Made by a program: the position numbers and the translations under genes
Notes under the pieces: generated by a model
What the model was told of the DNA's origin: nothing
The model's input: the letters and a program-made list of their open reading frames with translations, nothing else
Database searches by the model: none
DNA from: Bacteroidetes bacterium HGW-Bacteroidetes-1
GTDB lineage: Bacteria > Bacteroidota > Bacteroidia > Bacteroidales > F082
Length of the DNA stretch: 64,000 nucleotides
Direction of reading: 5' to 3'
NCBI GenBank assembly: GCA_002842755.1
Contig: PHDU01000003.1
Location: 4,414 to 68,413 of the forward strand
Shown here: in pieces, positions 47,634-58,900 of the stretch
How the letters are laid out: the number at the start of each line of letters is the position of its first letter
Numbering within the stretch: the stretch's first letter is position 1

Positions 47634-48896
47634 TTAGCCTCCAAAGTCATCAAAGGCAATCATTTCGTTTGGAACTCCCAATTCATCTAACATTTTAAAA
47701 ATCGCAGCATTCATCATTGGTGGTCCACAAAGATAATATTCGATTTCTTCAGGTTCAGGGTGCTGTTTTAGATAATTATCCAATATAACCTGATGGATAA
47801 AGCCTGTATAACCTTTCCAGTTATCCTCAGGTCTTGGCTCAGATAATGCTACGTTAAACTTGAAGTTAGGAAAGTTATTCTGAATATCTTCAAAATCCTC
47901 CATATAGAAAAGTTCCCGAACTGAGCGACCCCCATACCAGAATGTAGTCTTTCTCTCCGTCTTTTCGGTATGAAAGAGGTGAAAAAGATGAGAACGCATG
48001 GGCGCCATTCCGGCACCTCCGCCGATAAACATCATTTCTCTTTTCGTTGGTTTAATATGAAATTCGCCGTAGGGACCTGAAACCATCACCTTATCTCCGG
48101 GTTTACGAGAGAAGATAAAGGAAGAGCAAATTCCGGGGTTGACCTTCATAAAACTATTGATCTTACGGTCCCAGGGAGGTGTAGCAATACGGATGTTGAG
48201 CATCACAATATTTCCTTCGGCAGGGTGATTGGCCATTGAGTAGGCACGGAATATTTCTTCAGTGTTTTTCATTTTGAGATCCCACATCTTGAATTTATCC
48301 CATTCTGGCCGGAATTCTTCTTCAACTTCAATATCTTTACTGAAGTCAACTTCAATTTTTGGAACATTAATCTGAATATATCCTCCAGATAGAAAATCAA
48401 GATGCTCACCTTCAGGTAGTTTTACGACAAATTCCTTTATAAAGGTAGCAACATTGCGATTAGAGATAACCTCGCATTCCCATTTTTTAATGCCAAAAAC
48501 TTCCGCAGGAACTCCGATATTCATATTTTCGCGCACCTTCACCTGACAACCAAGTCGCCAGTTGTTCTGCTGTTCCTTCCGAGAAAAGAATCCTTTTTCA
48601 GTAGGTAAAATCGAACCACCTCCTTCAAACACCTGACATTTACACATGGCACAGGTTCCGCCCCCACCACAAGCGGAAGGAAGAAATATTTTATTGGTTG
48701 AAAGGGTGGACAACAATGTTGAACCAGGATCAACTTCAAGCTCTTTCTCTCCATTGATGGTAATTTTGACTTTACCTTGTGGTGTAAGTTTTTTGCGTGC
48801 AAAAAGCAAAACACCAACCAACAGTAAAATCACTGTAAGAAAGAATACTATGCTGATTAGCATTACTGTTCCTATTCCTGTTACTAGCAGCGTCAT
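47634..48896 (-). CDS. nqrF: Na+-translocating NADH:quinone oxidoreductase subunit F
   Basis: 420 aa. N-terminal TM helix, a 2Fe-2S ferredoxin motif CGGGGTCAMCKC, the FAD motif RAYSMAN, and an NADH-binding GGGAGMAP. Confidence 0.93.
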   Translation of the reverse strand: MTLLVTGIGTVMLISIVFFLTVILLLVGVLLFARKKLTPQGKVKITINGEKELEVDPGSTLLSTLSTNKIFLPSACGGGGTCAMCKCQVFEGGGSILPTEKGFFSRKEQQNNWRLGCQVKVRENMNIGVPAEVFGIKKWECEVISNRNVATFIKEFVVKLPEGEHLDFLSGGYIQINVPKIEVDFSKDIEVEEEFRPEWDKFKMWDLKMKNTEEIFRAYSMANHPAEGNIVMLNIRIATPPWDRKINSFMKVNPGICSSFIFSRKPGDKVMVSGPYGEFHIKPTKREMMFIGGGAGMAPMRSHLFHLFHTEKTERKTTFWYGGRSVRELFYMEDFEDIQNNFPNFKFNVALSEPRPEDNWKGYTGFIHQVILDNYLKQHPEPEEIEYYLCGPPMMNAAIFKMLDELGVPNEMIAFDDFGG

Positions 48897-48930
48897 TGTT
48901 ATAATGGATTATGATTAAACACTATTTTTC

Positions 48931-49548
48931 TTAAAGTTTGATTCCCAGGAAGCTCATAAAAGCAATTCCCATTAATCCGGTAATGATAAAAGTAATACCA
49001 AGACCACGTAGAGGTGCCGGCACATTAGAATAACGGATTTTTTCGCGTATGGCAGCAATACCTACGATTGCCAGAAACCAGCCTATTCCCGAACCAAGCC
49101 CAAAAGAGGTAGCCTGAGCAACACTCTGATATTCTCTCTCCTGCATAAACAACGAGCCACCAAGTATTGCGCAATTAACAGCAATAAGAGGAAGAAAAAT
49201 TCCAAGAGATGAATACAAGGAAGGACTGAATTTTTCGATAATCATTTCTACCAATTGAACCATGGATGCAATGATGGCAATAAAGAGTATAAAGCTAAGG
49301 AAACTCAGATCAACATCGGCAAATCCTGCATCCAACCACGACAAAGCACCAGCCTTGAGTATATATTCGTTGAGCATGTAATCGACGGGTACAGTTATCC
49401 CTAAAACGAAAATTACAGCAATTCCAAGTCCAACAGAAGTTTGAACGGTTTTTGACACTGCCAGATAGGAACACATTCCTAAGAAGTAGGCAAAAACCAT
49501 ATTGTCAACAAAAATCGATTTGACAAATATGTTAAAAAGCTCTTGCAT
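48931..49548 (-). CDS. nqrE: Na+-NQR subunit E
   Basis: 205 aa polytopic protein in the RnfA/NqrE family (FLGMCSYLAVS, LIAVNCAILGG). The position in the operon fits. Confidence 0.9.
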   Translation of the reverse strand: MQELFNIFVKSIFVDNMVFAYFLGMCSYLAVSKTVQTSVGLGIAVIFVLGITVPVDYMLNEYILKAGALSWLDAGFADVDLSFLSFILFIAIIASMVQLVEMIIEKFSPSLYSSLGIFLPLIAVNCAILGGSLFMQEREYQSVAQATSFGLGSGIGWFLAIVGIAAIREKIRYSNVPAPLRGLGITFIITGLMGIAFMSFLGIKL

Positions 49549-49569
49549 GATATTTGGTTTTTTTATTGA

Positions 49570-50223
49570 TTATTCTTCGACCAGTTGCGGATTACGCGAA
49601 CGTTGAATCCAAATGATAATACCAACAAGGATTAATGCCATTGGAGGAAGAATCATAAATCCATTGTTTTGATATCCCATTTCATAGAATGATTTCGGGA
49701 TGACATGAAGTCCCCAGATTGTTCCGGACCCAAATAATTCGCGCATAAATGCTACCGCCATTAATATAATTCCATAACCTAAACCATTTCCAATTCCATC
49801 AAGTACAGAGGGCCATGGTTTATTGCTCATTGCGAAAGCTTCGAGGCGGCCCATGATGATACAGTTGGTAATGATAAGGCCAACAAAAACCGATAACTGC
49901 TTGCTCACGTCATAAACAAAGGCTTTTAGAACCTGGTCAACAAGGATTACCAGGGTGGCTACCACAACAAGTTGCACAATAATACGAATACGGGGAGGTA
50001 TTCCATTCCGTAATAAAGAAACTATTAAATTAGCTGCTGCGGTTACAACAATAACAGATAATGCCATCACAAAAGCAGGCTTCATTTTTGCGGTAACGGC
50101 CAATGCAGAACAAATACCCAACACCTGAACAGTGATTGGATTATTCAGGTTAAGTGGATTTGTCAGCAATTTACGATTCTTTGCTGAGAACAATGGTTCT
50201 TTCTCTTGTTTAACTTCACTCAT
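49570..50223 (-). CDS. nqrD: Na+-NQR subunit D
   Basis: 217 aa in the RnfE/NqrD family (NPITVQVLGICSALAVT, GLIITNCIIMGR). Confidence 0.9.
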   Translation of the reverse strand: MSEVKQEKEPLFSAKNRKLLTNPLNLNNPITVQVLGICSALAVTAKMKPAFVMALSVIVVTAAANLIVSLLRNGIPPRIRIIVQLVVVATLVILVDQVLKAFVYDVSKQLSVFVGLIITNCIIMGRLEAFAMSNKPWPSVLDGIGNGLGYGIILMAVAFMRELFGSGTIWGLHVIPKSFYEMGYQNNGFMILPPMALILVGIIIWIQRSRNPQLVEE

Positions 50224-50226
50224 GAC

Positions 50227-50964
50227 TTATCCTTGCTTTTTGAAAAAAGGTTCATAACTTTCCAATACGTTTTTTAGCATAGCACTAACCCCGTTGCTGG
50301 TGATTGTTCCTCCTGAGATAGCATCAACAACATGTGATTGCTGTGTTTCAGGTTGATTGGCTACACCACCTTTGATAACACCAATTGACACAAAATTTCC
50401 ATTCTCATCAAAAATGGTTTTTCCCGGAAACTGCTCCTCAAAAATCGGGGTTTCAATTTCCGCACCCAAGCCCGGGGTCTCCGATTTGTGCCCAAAAGTC
50501 ACACCTACAACGGTTCGATAATCACTTTTCAAAGCTATATTTCCCCAGATAGGACCCCACAAACCAACGCCACGCAAAGGGATAATATAAACCGACTCTC
50601 CGTTCTTATTAACGACATAAATTGAAAGTTCAAAAGGACGACTCATAGATTTATTATAAAGCTGCTCCTTAAGGTTCAATTTGAATGCTTTAGAATTTTC
50701 TTTTGAATCGCCGGTGAAATCGTTAACAACATTACCATCAGGATCAATAACAATCATATTGGTAACATTTTTATTAAACAGTTCAATAGCGTTTTTCGCA
50801 TCTACACCTTCAAATCCTGCTGCTGAAAGAATGCTTTGCATTTTATCTACTGCATCATTGCGTTCCTGCATGGGTTTAAGAAACATGGCTGCTGCAGATA
50901 GTACAGCTGCAACCAATACAACCATGATGCCTGCGTACCTAAAAATATATCCGTTACTATACAT
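50227..50964 (-). CDS. nqrC: Na+-NQR subunit C
   Basis: 245 aa. One N-terminal TM helix and the FMN attachment motif AISGGTITS. Confidence 0.9.
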   Translation of the reverse strand: MYSNGYIFRYAGIMVVLVAAVLSAAAMFLKPMQERNDAVDKMQSILSAAGFEGVDAKNAIELFNKNVTNMIVIDPDGNVVNDFTGDSKENSKAFKLNLKEQLYNKSMSRPFELSIYVVNKNGESVYIIPLRGVGLWGPIWGNIALKSDYRTVVGVTFGHKSETPGLGAEIETPIFEEQFPGKTIFDENGNFVSIGVIKGGVANQPETQQSHVVDAISGGTITSNGVSAMLKNVLESYEPFFKKQG

Positions 50965-50995
50965 GTCAGTAAATTTTTTGTTTTCTCAATTTAGT

Positions 50996-52144
50996 TTAGG
51001 CATTGATAACCGCTTTGGCTCTTTTAAGTCGCTTTTTAATATTGGCTTGGACAACATAATAATCCACTAAAGGAGCAAAGACATTCATCAGCAATATGGA
51101 CAACATCATTCCTTCCGGATAAGCCGGATTGAATACGCGTATTAAAACGGCAATCATCCCGATAAGAACACCATAGATTATTTTGCCTCTTGTAGTCTGG
51201 GATGCCGATACAGGATCGGTGGCCATATAAACAGCTCCAAAAGCAAAACCTCCCATAATAAGGTGCTGATAAGCAGGGATATTCATATAATCATTCGCTC
51301 CCCAAAGGTTAAAAAGAAGTCCCATGCCCAAACCGCCTGCAATTACAGAAAGCATGATCCGGGCGCTACCTATTCCTGTCGCGATAAGTATTAACGCACC
51401 TAATATAATAGCGAGTGTTGAAGTTTCACCAATACTTCCGGGGATCGTTCCGAGAAACATCGAAAAATTATCCGGCACCTTATCAACATCCATAACGAGC
51501 AAGTGACCCAGAGGAGTAGCGCCTGAAAAAGCATCTGCTTTTTCAGCAATCCAAACCTTATCACCAGACATCTCTGAAGGATAGGCGAAAAACAGGAAAG
51601 CACGGGCCGTAAGTGCCGGGTTAAGTATATTCATACCTGTACCACCGAAAACTTCTTTTCCGATGATAACCGCAAAAGCTGTTGCAACGGCAACCATCCA
51701 TAATGGCACGTCAGGTGGCATCACCAATGGAATCAGCATTCCGGAAACAAGGAATCCTTCATTCACTTCATGGTGGCGGGCCTGAGCAAAGCCAAATTCA
51801 ATAGCCAACCCAACTACATATGAGACCACAATAACTGGTAATACCTTTATTAGGCCGAAGCCAAACATAGGCCAGAAATCATAAGGCATTCCAAGTGATA
51901 AATAATGCTGATATCCAACGTTCCATATACCAAAAATCAGTGGAGGAATCAAAGCCAGCACAACAATGATCATGGTACGTTTCATATCAATTGCATCACG
52001 CACATGCGCTCCGCTATGGGTAACTTTGTCAGGAACAAACAAAAAGGTTTCAAAGGCTTCAAAAGTCGAATGTAATTTTTCAAACTTTCCTCCCTTCACA
52101 AAATGTGGTTTCTGCTTATCTAATAAATCCCTTAAGAACTTCAT
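50996..52144 (-). CDS. nqrB: Na+-NQR subunit B
   Basis: 382 aa polytopic protein in the RnfD/NqrB family, with the FMN attachment motif FSGATPLG. Confidence 0.9.
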   Translation of the reverse strand: MKFLRDLLDKQKPHFVKGGKFEKLHSTFEAFETFLFVPDKVTHSGAHVRDAIDMKRTMIIVVLALIPPLIFGIWNVGYQHYLSLGMPYDFWPMFGFGLIKVLPVIVVSYVVGLAIEFGFAQARHHEVNEGFLVSGMLIPLVMPPDVPLWMVAVATAFAVIIGKEVFGGTGMNILNPALTARAFLFFAYPSEMSGDKVWIAEKADAFSGATPLGHLLVMDVDKVPDNFSMFLGTIPGSIGETSTLAIILGALILIATGIGSARIMLSVIAGGLGMGLLFNLWGANDYMNIPAYQHLIMGGFAFGAVYMATDPVSASQTTRGKIIYGVLIGMIAVLIRVFNPAYPEGMMLSILLMNVFAPLVDYYVVQANIKKRLKRAKAVINA

Positions 52145-52172
52145 TTCTTGAATTATATTGATTTGATACCGA

Positions 52173-53522
52173 TTAACTCATTTCTTTACGCATCAGGTCA
52201 AGGCCTTTACGCACCAACTCCTGAATGTTCGTTTTTGATGTATCGATGACTTCACACAAGGCAAAGTCTTCTTCGTCTACTTCGTAGATACCAAGGTTTT
52301 CCATCTGATCAATGTCCTCCACCATGATGGCTTTCAGGAGCTGCATCGGAAAAATATCAAATGGAAAAACTTTCTCGTATTCGCCTGTCATCACCAAAGC
52401 ACGCTCGCCGCCATGGTAATTGGTATCAAGACGGTATTTGCGATTTTTAAATAGAAAAGATGGGAAGGATCGCGATACACTGAATTTGCCAAATCCAACC
52501 TTAGCCCAACCCAAAAACTCGTGATAATTACCCTCAGGAATAACAGTTACCTGAGTTGCATAAAATCCAACATAACCATCCAGATTCACTGCATTTCCTG
52601 TAAGTACATTACCGCTTATAAATCGTTTCTCAACATTGGAGACATTATTTTTCACAAGACTTTCAATGTTTACGCCTATTTTCGTTTTGAAATAAGTTGG
52701 CCTGAGTACCTCTGAACCTGTGAGTGCAATCACGCGGCCAGCATTAAACCTGCCTTCAATAAAGAGGTGGCCAATAGTGAGCACATCCTGAGGATAAAGA
52801 TACCACACAACTTCACCCTTATTGATTGGGCATATTTTATTGATTTGAACACCAACATTACCAGCAGGATGAGGCCCGGAAAAATGATTTATTTGTACCC
52901 CTTTTGAATTGGTAAACACCTTTGAATGAGAAGCATCAGCATCTAAATTAAGGTGAATTTCACCTTGCGTCAACCTACTTAAAGCATCAATTCCCTTTTG
53001 AAAAATATCTCCCTGACCATGCAGAATAAGATCGTTATCCGGAGCTAAAGGTGCAGAGTCAAAAGTGGAAATAAAGATGGCTTTTGGCAAATCGGATGGA
53101 TTTGCGATAACAGAATAAGGCCGCTGACGAATAAAGGGCCATACACCGCTCTTCAGCAATTTGTCGACGACTTCTTCTCGTTTCATCTTCAAAGGATCGC
53201 CAACACCGAAATCGATGGCTTCATCCAGCCCATCAGAATCGATCTTTATTTCGAGCAATATGCGCTTTGCACCCCTCTTAATTTCATGTATTTTTCCACT
53301 AACTGGCGACGTGAAAATTATATTGTCACGGTACTTGTCGATAAAAAGTGGAGTGCCTACCTTAACTGCATCCCCTTCTTTGACAAGAATTTTTGGAAAA
53401 ACACCAATGAAATCGGTGGGTTTGATGGCAAACTGATCTGTCGAAAGCTCCTTTACTGTTTTCTCGGCCTCGCCTACCAAATTGATATTCAAGCCTTTCT
53501 TGATTTTAATAACGTTTGACAT
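52173..53522 (-). CDS. nqrA: Na+-NQR subunit A
   Basis: 449 aa. The N-terminus IKIKKGLNINLVGEAEK is typical of NqrA, and it is the first gene of the nqrABCDEF order. Confidence 0.9.
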   Translation of the reverse strand: MSNVIKIKKGLNINLVGEAEKTVKELSTDQFAIKPTDFIGVFPKILVKEGDAVKVGTPLFIDKYRDNIIFTSPVSGKIHEIKRGAKRILLEIKIDSDGLDEAIDFGVGDPLKMKREEVVDKLLKSGVWPFIRQRPYSVIANPSDLPKAIFISTFDSAPLAPDNDLILHGQGDIFQKGIDALSRLTQGEIHLNLDADASHSKVFTNSKGVQINHFSGPHPAGNVGVQINKICPINKGEVVWYLYPQDVLTIGHLFIEGRFNAGRVIALTGSEVLRPTYFKTKIGVNIESLVKNNVSNVEKRFISGNVLTGNAVNLDGYVGFYATQVTVIPEGNYHEFLGWAKVGFGKFSVSRSFPSFLFKNRKYRLDTNYHGGERALVMTGEYEKVFPFDIFPMQLLKAIMVEDIDQMENLGIYEVDEEDFALCEVIDTSKTNIQELVRKGLDLMRKEMS

Positions 53523-53835
53523 ATCTACCTTGATAAATATTTAAATATTATGCAAAGAAACACATTTACTTTTTGTTAAACCAATAGTTTTGAACAAATA
53601 ATGATAAACTTTTAACAGTTCTAAATCACAAAAAAAAATGATATACATCAATTATATCTTCAATCTTTGAAAATTGATCCATACAAATCAAAGTGAAATC
53701 AATATTTTAAGCTTAGAGAATAAAATATTATAGACAAAAAAATGTTTTAATAAAACTGAAGTGATATTTTCAATTCATTGCTTCCAAAATTGAAAATAAA
53801 CCATCTTTACAAATATTGGCTGATGCTTTATAGCC

Positions 53836-53843
53836 TATTTTTG
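53836..53843 (+). promoter_or_regulatory. Candidate -7 box TATTTTTG upstream of the DUF5103 gene
   Basis: Perfect TAnnTTTG match 65 nt upstream of the ATG at 53908. Confidence 0.4.
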
Positions 53844-53907
53844 CCTTTAACTAAAAATACTTTCAGGTAAATCGCCTTCATTTTGAAAAAAGAGTAAATA
53901 ATAAACC

Positions 53908-55185
53908 ATGAAAACAATTAAGTTCCTTCTGTTTATAATCATTTTCATGCAGGTAAAATTTGTCGATGCGCAGTTGCCCATTGATTTTTCGGATAAAACC
54001 TACAAAAACAATGTTCAGACCGTATTATTACATCCGGTAGATGAACCTTTAGGGCTTCCCGTGATTCTTCTTAACGATCCACACCCGTTGAAACTTTCAT
54101 TTGACGTTTTGGGAGATATCGCCTTCGTATATTATTACAAATTAATACATTGCACATTTGATTGGAAACCTAGTAATTTGCAGCCAGGAGAATATCTTGA
54201 AGGTTTTGATTATGATCAGATCAATGATTATAGGTTTTCGCTCAACACACTTACACCCTACGTTCATCATACTTTAACATTTCCGTCAGAGTATCTGAAA
54301 CCAAAACTTTCAGGAAATTACCTTTTGGTTGTTTATGAAGACGTACTTAAAGAGGGTAATATCCTTCTTACAAAAAGACTCATGGTCATTGATCCAAAAG
54401 TTTCAATTAAAGCTAGTGTTCCTCAATATGCACGCAATCCTGATTTTACTAAAACAATGCATCAGCTTGATATTGAAGTTTTAACTTCAGGGGAGACAGA
54501 AAACTTCCCCGGAAATTCATTTCATGTCGCTATAAGGCAAAACGGCCGTTGGGATAATGCTATTACAGACCTTCAACCAAGCCACACATACAGCGACAGG
54601 CTGCTTTATGAATACATTGATGAAACTGTTTTTGAAGCAGGTAACCAATGGCGAAATTTTGATATGAAGAGTTTTAAGTATCAATCCGAGCATATCCAGC
54701 GTATTTTTTCTGATGAGGATTATTTCACTGTGAAGCTCTGGGAAGATCAGCGGAGGAATCGAAAAGTGTATATTTCGGAACCAGATATTTTTGGAAACAA
54801 GCTGATTCAGGCAAGGCAGGATCAGGATACAGATATTGAAGGAGATTATGCATGGGTTGAGTTTTTTCTCCATTATGATGCTCCATTAACGCATGGTGAG
54901 ATGTTTGTATTAGGGGCTTTGAACGACTGGAATCTGACTGAAAGAAACAAAATGAAATACAATTATCCGGCAAAAGGGTACGAGGCCTCTCTATTTTTAA
55001 AACAAGGTTATTACAACTACCTCTACGGGATAAGAGAATTTGGGGAAAAACATGCAGAAGTAGCGCTTATTGAAGGTACTTATTGGGAAACACTCAATGA
55101 ATATTTAATTTTGGTATATTTCAGAAAACCAGGAACTTCGTATGATCAATTAATCGCTTCCAGCATTATAAAATCCCATTCATGA
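53908..55185 (+). CDS. DUF5103 domain protein (family of the T9SS translocon 'plug' protein)
   Basis: 425 aa with a signal peptide. NNVQTVLLHP...LKLSFDVLGD...YYYKLIHCTFDWKPSNLQPGEYLEGF matches my recollection of the DUF5103 N-terminal pattern. The functional link to T9SS is by family only. Confidence 0.6.
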   Translation: MKTIKFLLFIIIFMQVKFVDAQLPIDFSDKTYKNNVQTVLLHPVDEPLGLPVILLNDPHPLKLSFDVLGDIAFVYYYKLIHCTFDWKPSNLQPGEYLEGFDYDQINDYRFSLNTLTPYVHHTLTFPSEYLKPKLSGNYLLVVYEDVLKEGNILLTKRLMVIDPKVSIKASVPQYARNPDFTKTMHQLDIEVLTSGETENFPGNSFHVAIRQNGRWDNAITDLQPSHTYSDRLLYEYIDETVFEAGNQWRNFDMKSFKYQSEHIQRIFSDEDYFTVKLWEDQRRNRKVYISEPDIFGNKLIQARQDQDTDIEGDYAWVEFFLHYDAPLTHGEMFVLGALNDWNLTERNKMKYNYPAKGYEASLFLKQGYYNYLYGIREFGEKHAEVALIEGTYWETLNEYLILVYFRKPGTSYDQLIASSIIKSHS

Positions 55186-55380
55186 AACACTCCTGCTTTT
55201 GGATAAATTATCAATAGATAATATCACATATAACTGAAATTCAACGTTATATTGAATGGCTTAGAGTGGTGGTTAGAATTATACGACTCGCATAAAAGCA
55301 AATCAGTATATCGCGAAGACGAGAATATTTACACACTAATGTACTATCAAATGTTTGCTTTTGACAAAGAAACGCATTTT

Positions 55381-55977
55381 TTATCTTTTTGTTCCAAATG
55401 TGGAAAAAACCCCAAACATTGAAGAAGGCCTTCTGTGCGTTATGTCCCATAATCCAGTATAAAAAAAGGTAATGGGTTGTTTTTTAAAAACACTGAATTC
55501 AATTCTTGGGCCAAAAGCATACATTTGATAAAAACGTATCATCTCAGCTCCAAATTTCATTTTTTTTACATGATAAAAAGCCATAATATCCCAGCGATGC
55601 CGTTTTCCACCATATTCGAAAGCTGCAAAACCGGAAATCCTCTTGCCGGCATAATTGATTAATGGCGAAATTCTCCACAATTGATCTTCATTGGTTTGAA
55701 AACCTGCTAAAAAACTAAATGAAAGTCCCTTTATCGGTGTAAATGTTGCACCTGCTAATCCTTGTCCCCAACTACTCTCTTTTGCGCCGTTGATATAAAA
55801 ATAGGTTGACACACCCCACTTTTCGTTGAGTGATTGTCCTGAATAAAGGGTAAAGACAGGAATAAACCTACCATCATCAACAATATTGTATTGGTTCAGT
55901 TTAAAAATAGTCTGGCTTTTAGATACCATCGGAAGCGAAACAATGAAAAGCATCAAAAGCATTGGAAATATTTTCAT
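55381..55977 (-). CDS. Small secreted, beta-strand-rich hypothetical protein (possible outer-membrane protein)
   Basis: 198 aa. Signal peptide MKIFPMLLMLFIVSLPMVSKSQ, then alternating aromatic/Gly-rich segments. It is the last gene of the 64000->55381 minus-strand block. Confidence 0.5.
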   Translation of the reverse strand: MKIFPMLLMLFIVSLPMVSKSQTIFKLNQYNIVDDGRFIPVFTLYSGQSLNEKWGVSTYFYINGAKESSWGQGLAGATFTPIKGLSFSFLAGFQTNEDQLWRISPLINYAGKRISGFAAFEYGGKRHRWDIMAFYHVKKMKFGAEMIRFYQMYAFGPRIEFSVFKKQPITFFYTGLWDITHRRPSSMFGVFSTFGTKR

Positions 55978-55991
55978 GAAGTTTGGATTTT

Positions 55992-58900
55992 TCAGGATTG
56001 CTTTACTGGAATTGTGATGATAAACTCAGTTGACTCTCCAGCTACTGATTTCACTTCAAGCAAACCTTTATGGATTTTATTTATTATATCAAAACTCATT
56101 GATAAGCCTAAGCCTGTTCCTTTACCAGTGGGCTTGGTAGTAAAAAACGGATTAAATATTTTCTCGATAACATGGTCAGGGATACCTGTTCCGTTATCTT
56201 TTATACGAATTTCAATTTTATCTTGAATTTTTTTTGTGCTTATAATCACTTCAGGTTTAAATGCACCTGATTCCTTTTTCGATTTTTCGTCAACTGCATA
56301 AAACGCATTGTTTAAAATATTTAATAAAACTCTGCTTATTTCCTGAGGCAAAACACTTGCATTACCAACCTCAGGGTCGAGTTGGGTACGCAAAGCAGTA
56401 TTGAAACTTTGTTCTTTAGCCCTCATGCCGTGATAGGCCAGGTTAACATATTCTGAGACCAAATTATTGATATCTATATGTTCAAATTCGCCAGTCTTGC
56501 CCCTTGAGTGCTGAAGCATTCCTTTTACAATACTTTCAATCCTCTTACCGTGATCATTGATTTTGACAATATTACCAGTAATCATCCCTATCACTTCCTC
56601 TACATCCTCGTATTTATCTTTCGGAAAATTATCCTTTATTTCTTCAACTGTCTCTTGCAATTCATTGGCCAGGCTTACTGAAAGTTTGGCGAAATTATTT
56701 ACAAAATTCAACGGGTTTTGAATTTCGTGCGCAATACCAGCAGTAAGTTGTCCCAATGAGGCCAGTTTTTCCGATTGAATCAACTGGTTCTGTGTTTCTT
56801 TGAGATTATTCAGTGTTTCCTGAAGATCCTCCAGAATCTGGGTTCGTATGATTGCTGAAATAATATGTTCTTTTGAGTTTTTAATCAGACTTATATCTCT
56901 TGCTTCAAAAGCATCCACCCGGCTATGATTCTCAAACAGCAAAAATGCTTCTATCTTATTTTCAATCCTTATCACAAGAATCATCATTGATTTTGGCTTC
57001 ACAAATTTTTGTAAAACTTCGGATTCGTTGAAAGATGAAAAATCGGATTTGATAAAAATATCTTCAAACACTTCTTCAGTATTTTTTAAATATCTGTTTT
57101 CTGCTTCAGGTAAGGTAATATTTAACAAATCTAGTTCGGACAAAGAATAACCGATGCAGGCTTTAATTTTGTATGTCTTACTATTCTTATCAAAAACCAA
57201 CGCCAAAGATTTTTCGGCAGACCGAATAATCTTCATTTTCTCAAGAAGAGATTGTAAAAGATTCTCAAAATTTATTTCGGCATTAATAGATTTGATAGCT
57301 GAATTAATTTTCTCCAGTTCATCATTTTTGTTCGCCAACTCCTGTGATTGATTCTCTATCTCTTCTTTTTGCTGCACTACCTCCGCCGTTCGTCTGGCAA
57401 TTCGATCTTCAAGAATGCGTTTTTCTTTTATCAATTTTTGATTTCGCAAAACAACGATTAAATAAATAATTCCACCCGTAAAGAGAAGATACAAAACCAG
57501 CGACCAAATTGAATAATACCATGGATAGAGCACTTGAAAACTTACCTCAGCTTCCTGAGAAATTGCACCAAAAATATTTATTGCTCTTACGTGAAAAACA
57601 TATCTCCCACCCGGGATATTCGTATATTCCTTGGTTGAGTGGTCCGACCAGTCGCTCCATGTGTCGTCAAATCCTTCCAGATAATACTGATACTGCACAT
57701 TGCCTTTAACAGCATAATAAGGAGCACAAAATTCAAAAAGAAGTGTGTTTTCATTGAAGTCAATTATCATCTTTTCGTTCGATCTGTCAAAATTACCTTC
57801 ATAATGAACTGAATCATTGTTGATTCTAATCTTCCGAATCAAACCCGGAAAAAGCCTGGTATTCTGATTGACAACTTCTGAATTGTAGCGAATAAGTCCA
57901 TCAGGACCACCAAACCATATGATTCCGTTTTCCTCCGGATAGATACTCCAAATTACATTACTTGCAATGGGCAAAAATGGCTCACTCACAATTCGATAGC
58001 CTTCATTTCTTTTCTCCAACATTTTAATCTGGGTTTCATCTCCGTCATTTATCCACAGGTTGCCATTGCTATCTGGTACAATCAATGCGTACCATTCCTT
58101 TGAAATCTCATTCCTGTCATGAATCAATCGAATAGAATCAAAAGTATGGTGTAGTTCATTAAAACGATAAACACCATTTCTACCTGAAACACTCATGCCA
58201 TTTTCAAGAGGATTTATTGCAAGGCCGGCATTCTCTGGCAATCCACTGTCCTGATTATAGAAGACAGGTATTGTATCACCTGGTGTGTATCTGAAAACTT
58301 TGTTTGTTAATGTTGTTCCCCAAATAAACCCCTGATTATCAGTCTTAAGCTTCATTATTTCTGTTTGGACACCTTCGATTTTTTTATAGGACCACTTTGA
58401 CGCTTCCTTTTTCAGACAGTAAAATCCACCTGTTTCTCCTACGTAAAGACAATTTGGGTCTTTTGACGAGATGGCCAGCGAAATAGAAAAAGCATCATTA
58501 ATCTTTGAGGCACTTTTATCCTCCACCATGAAAATCCCTTGTGAAGTCGCAGCAAATAATTTACCTTCAAAAGGCACAATATTCCAACAAGATGAAATGA
58601 TTTCCTTGATCTGCATAAACCGAAACAACTCAGCATCATAATAATATAAACCGTTGTATGTAGCTACGTATAAGGTGTTCTCAAATCGAATTATATAATT
58701 AATACCACCTTCAAGGCCGGATTTCTTGTCAAAATAAGTAAACGGCGATGGTATTTCAATCATTGAAATACCATTATTTAAAGCTACCCAAAGCAAATTG
58801 TTGTTACTCAAATACATTGAGCGAACAAAACTGTCCAGCAATGAGGCGTCAGTGTCAATCATTTGCAGAATATCTCCTTCCGGATTAATGATGAAAACTC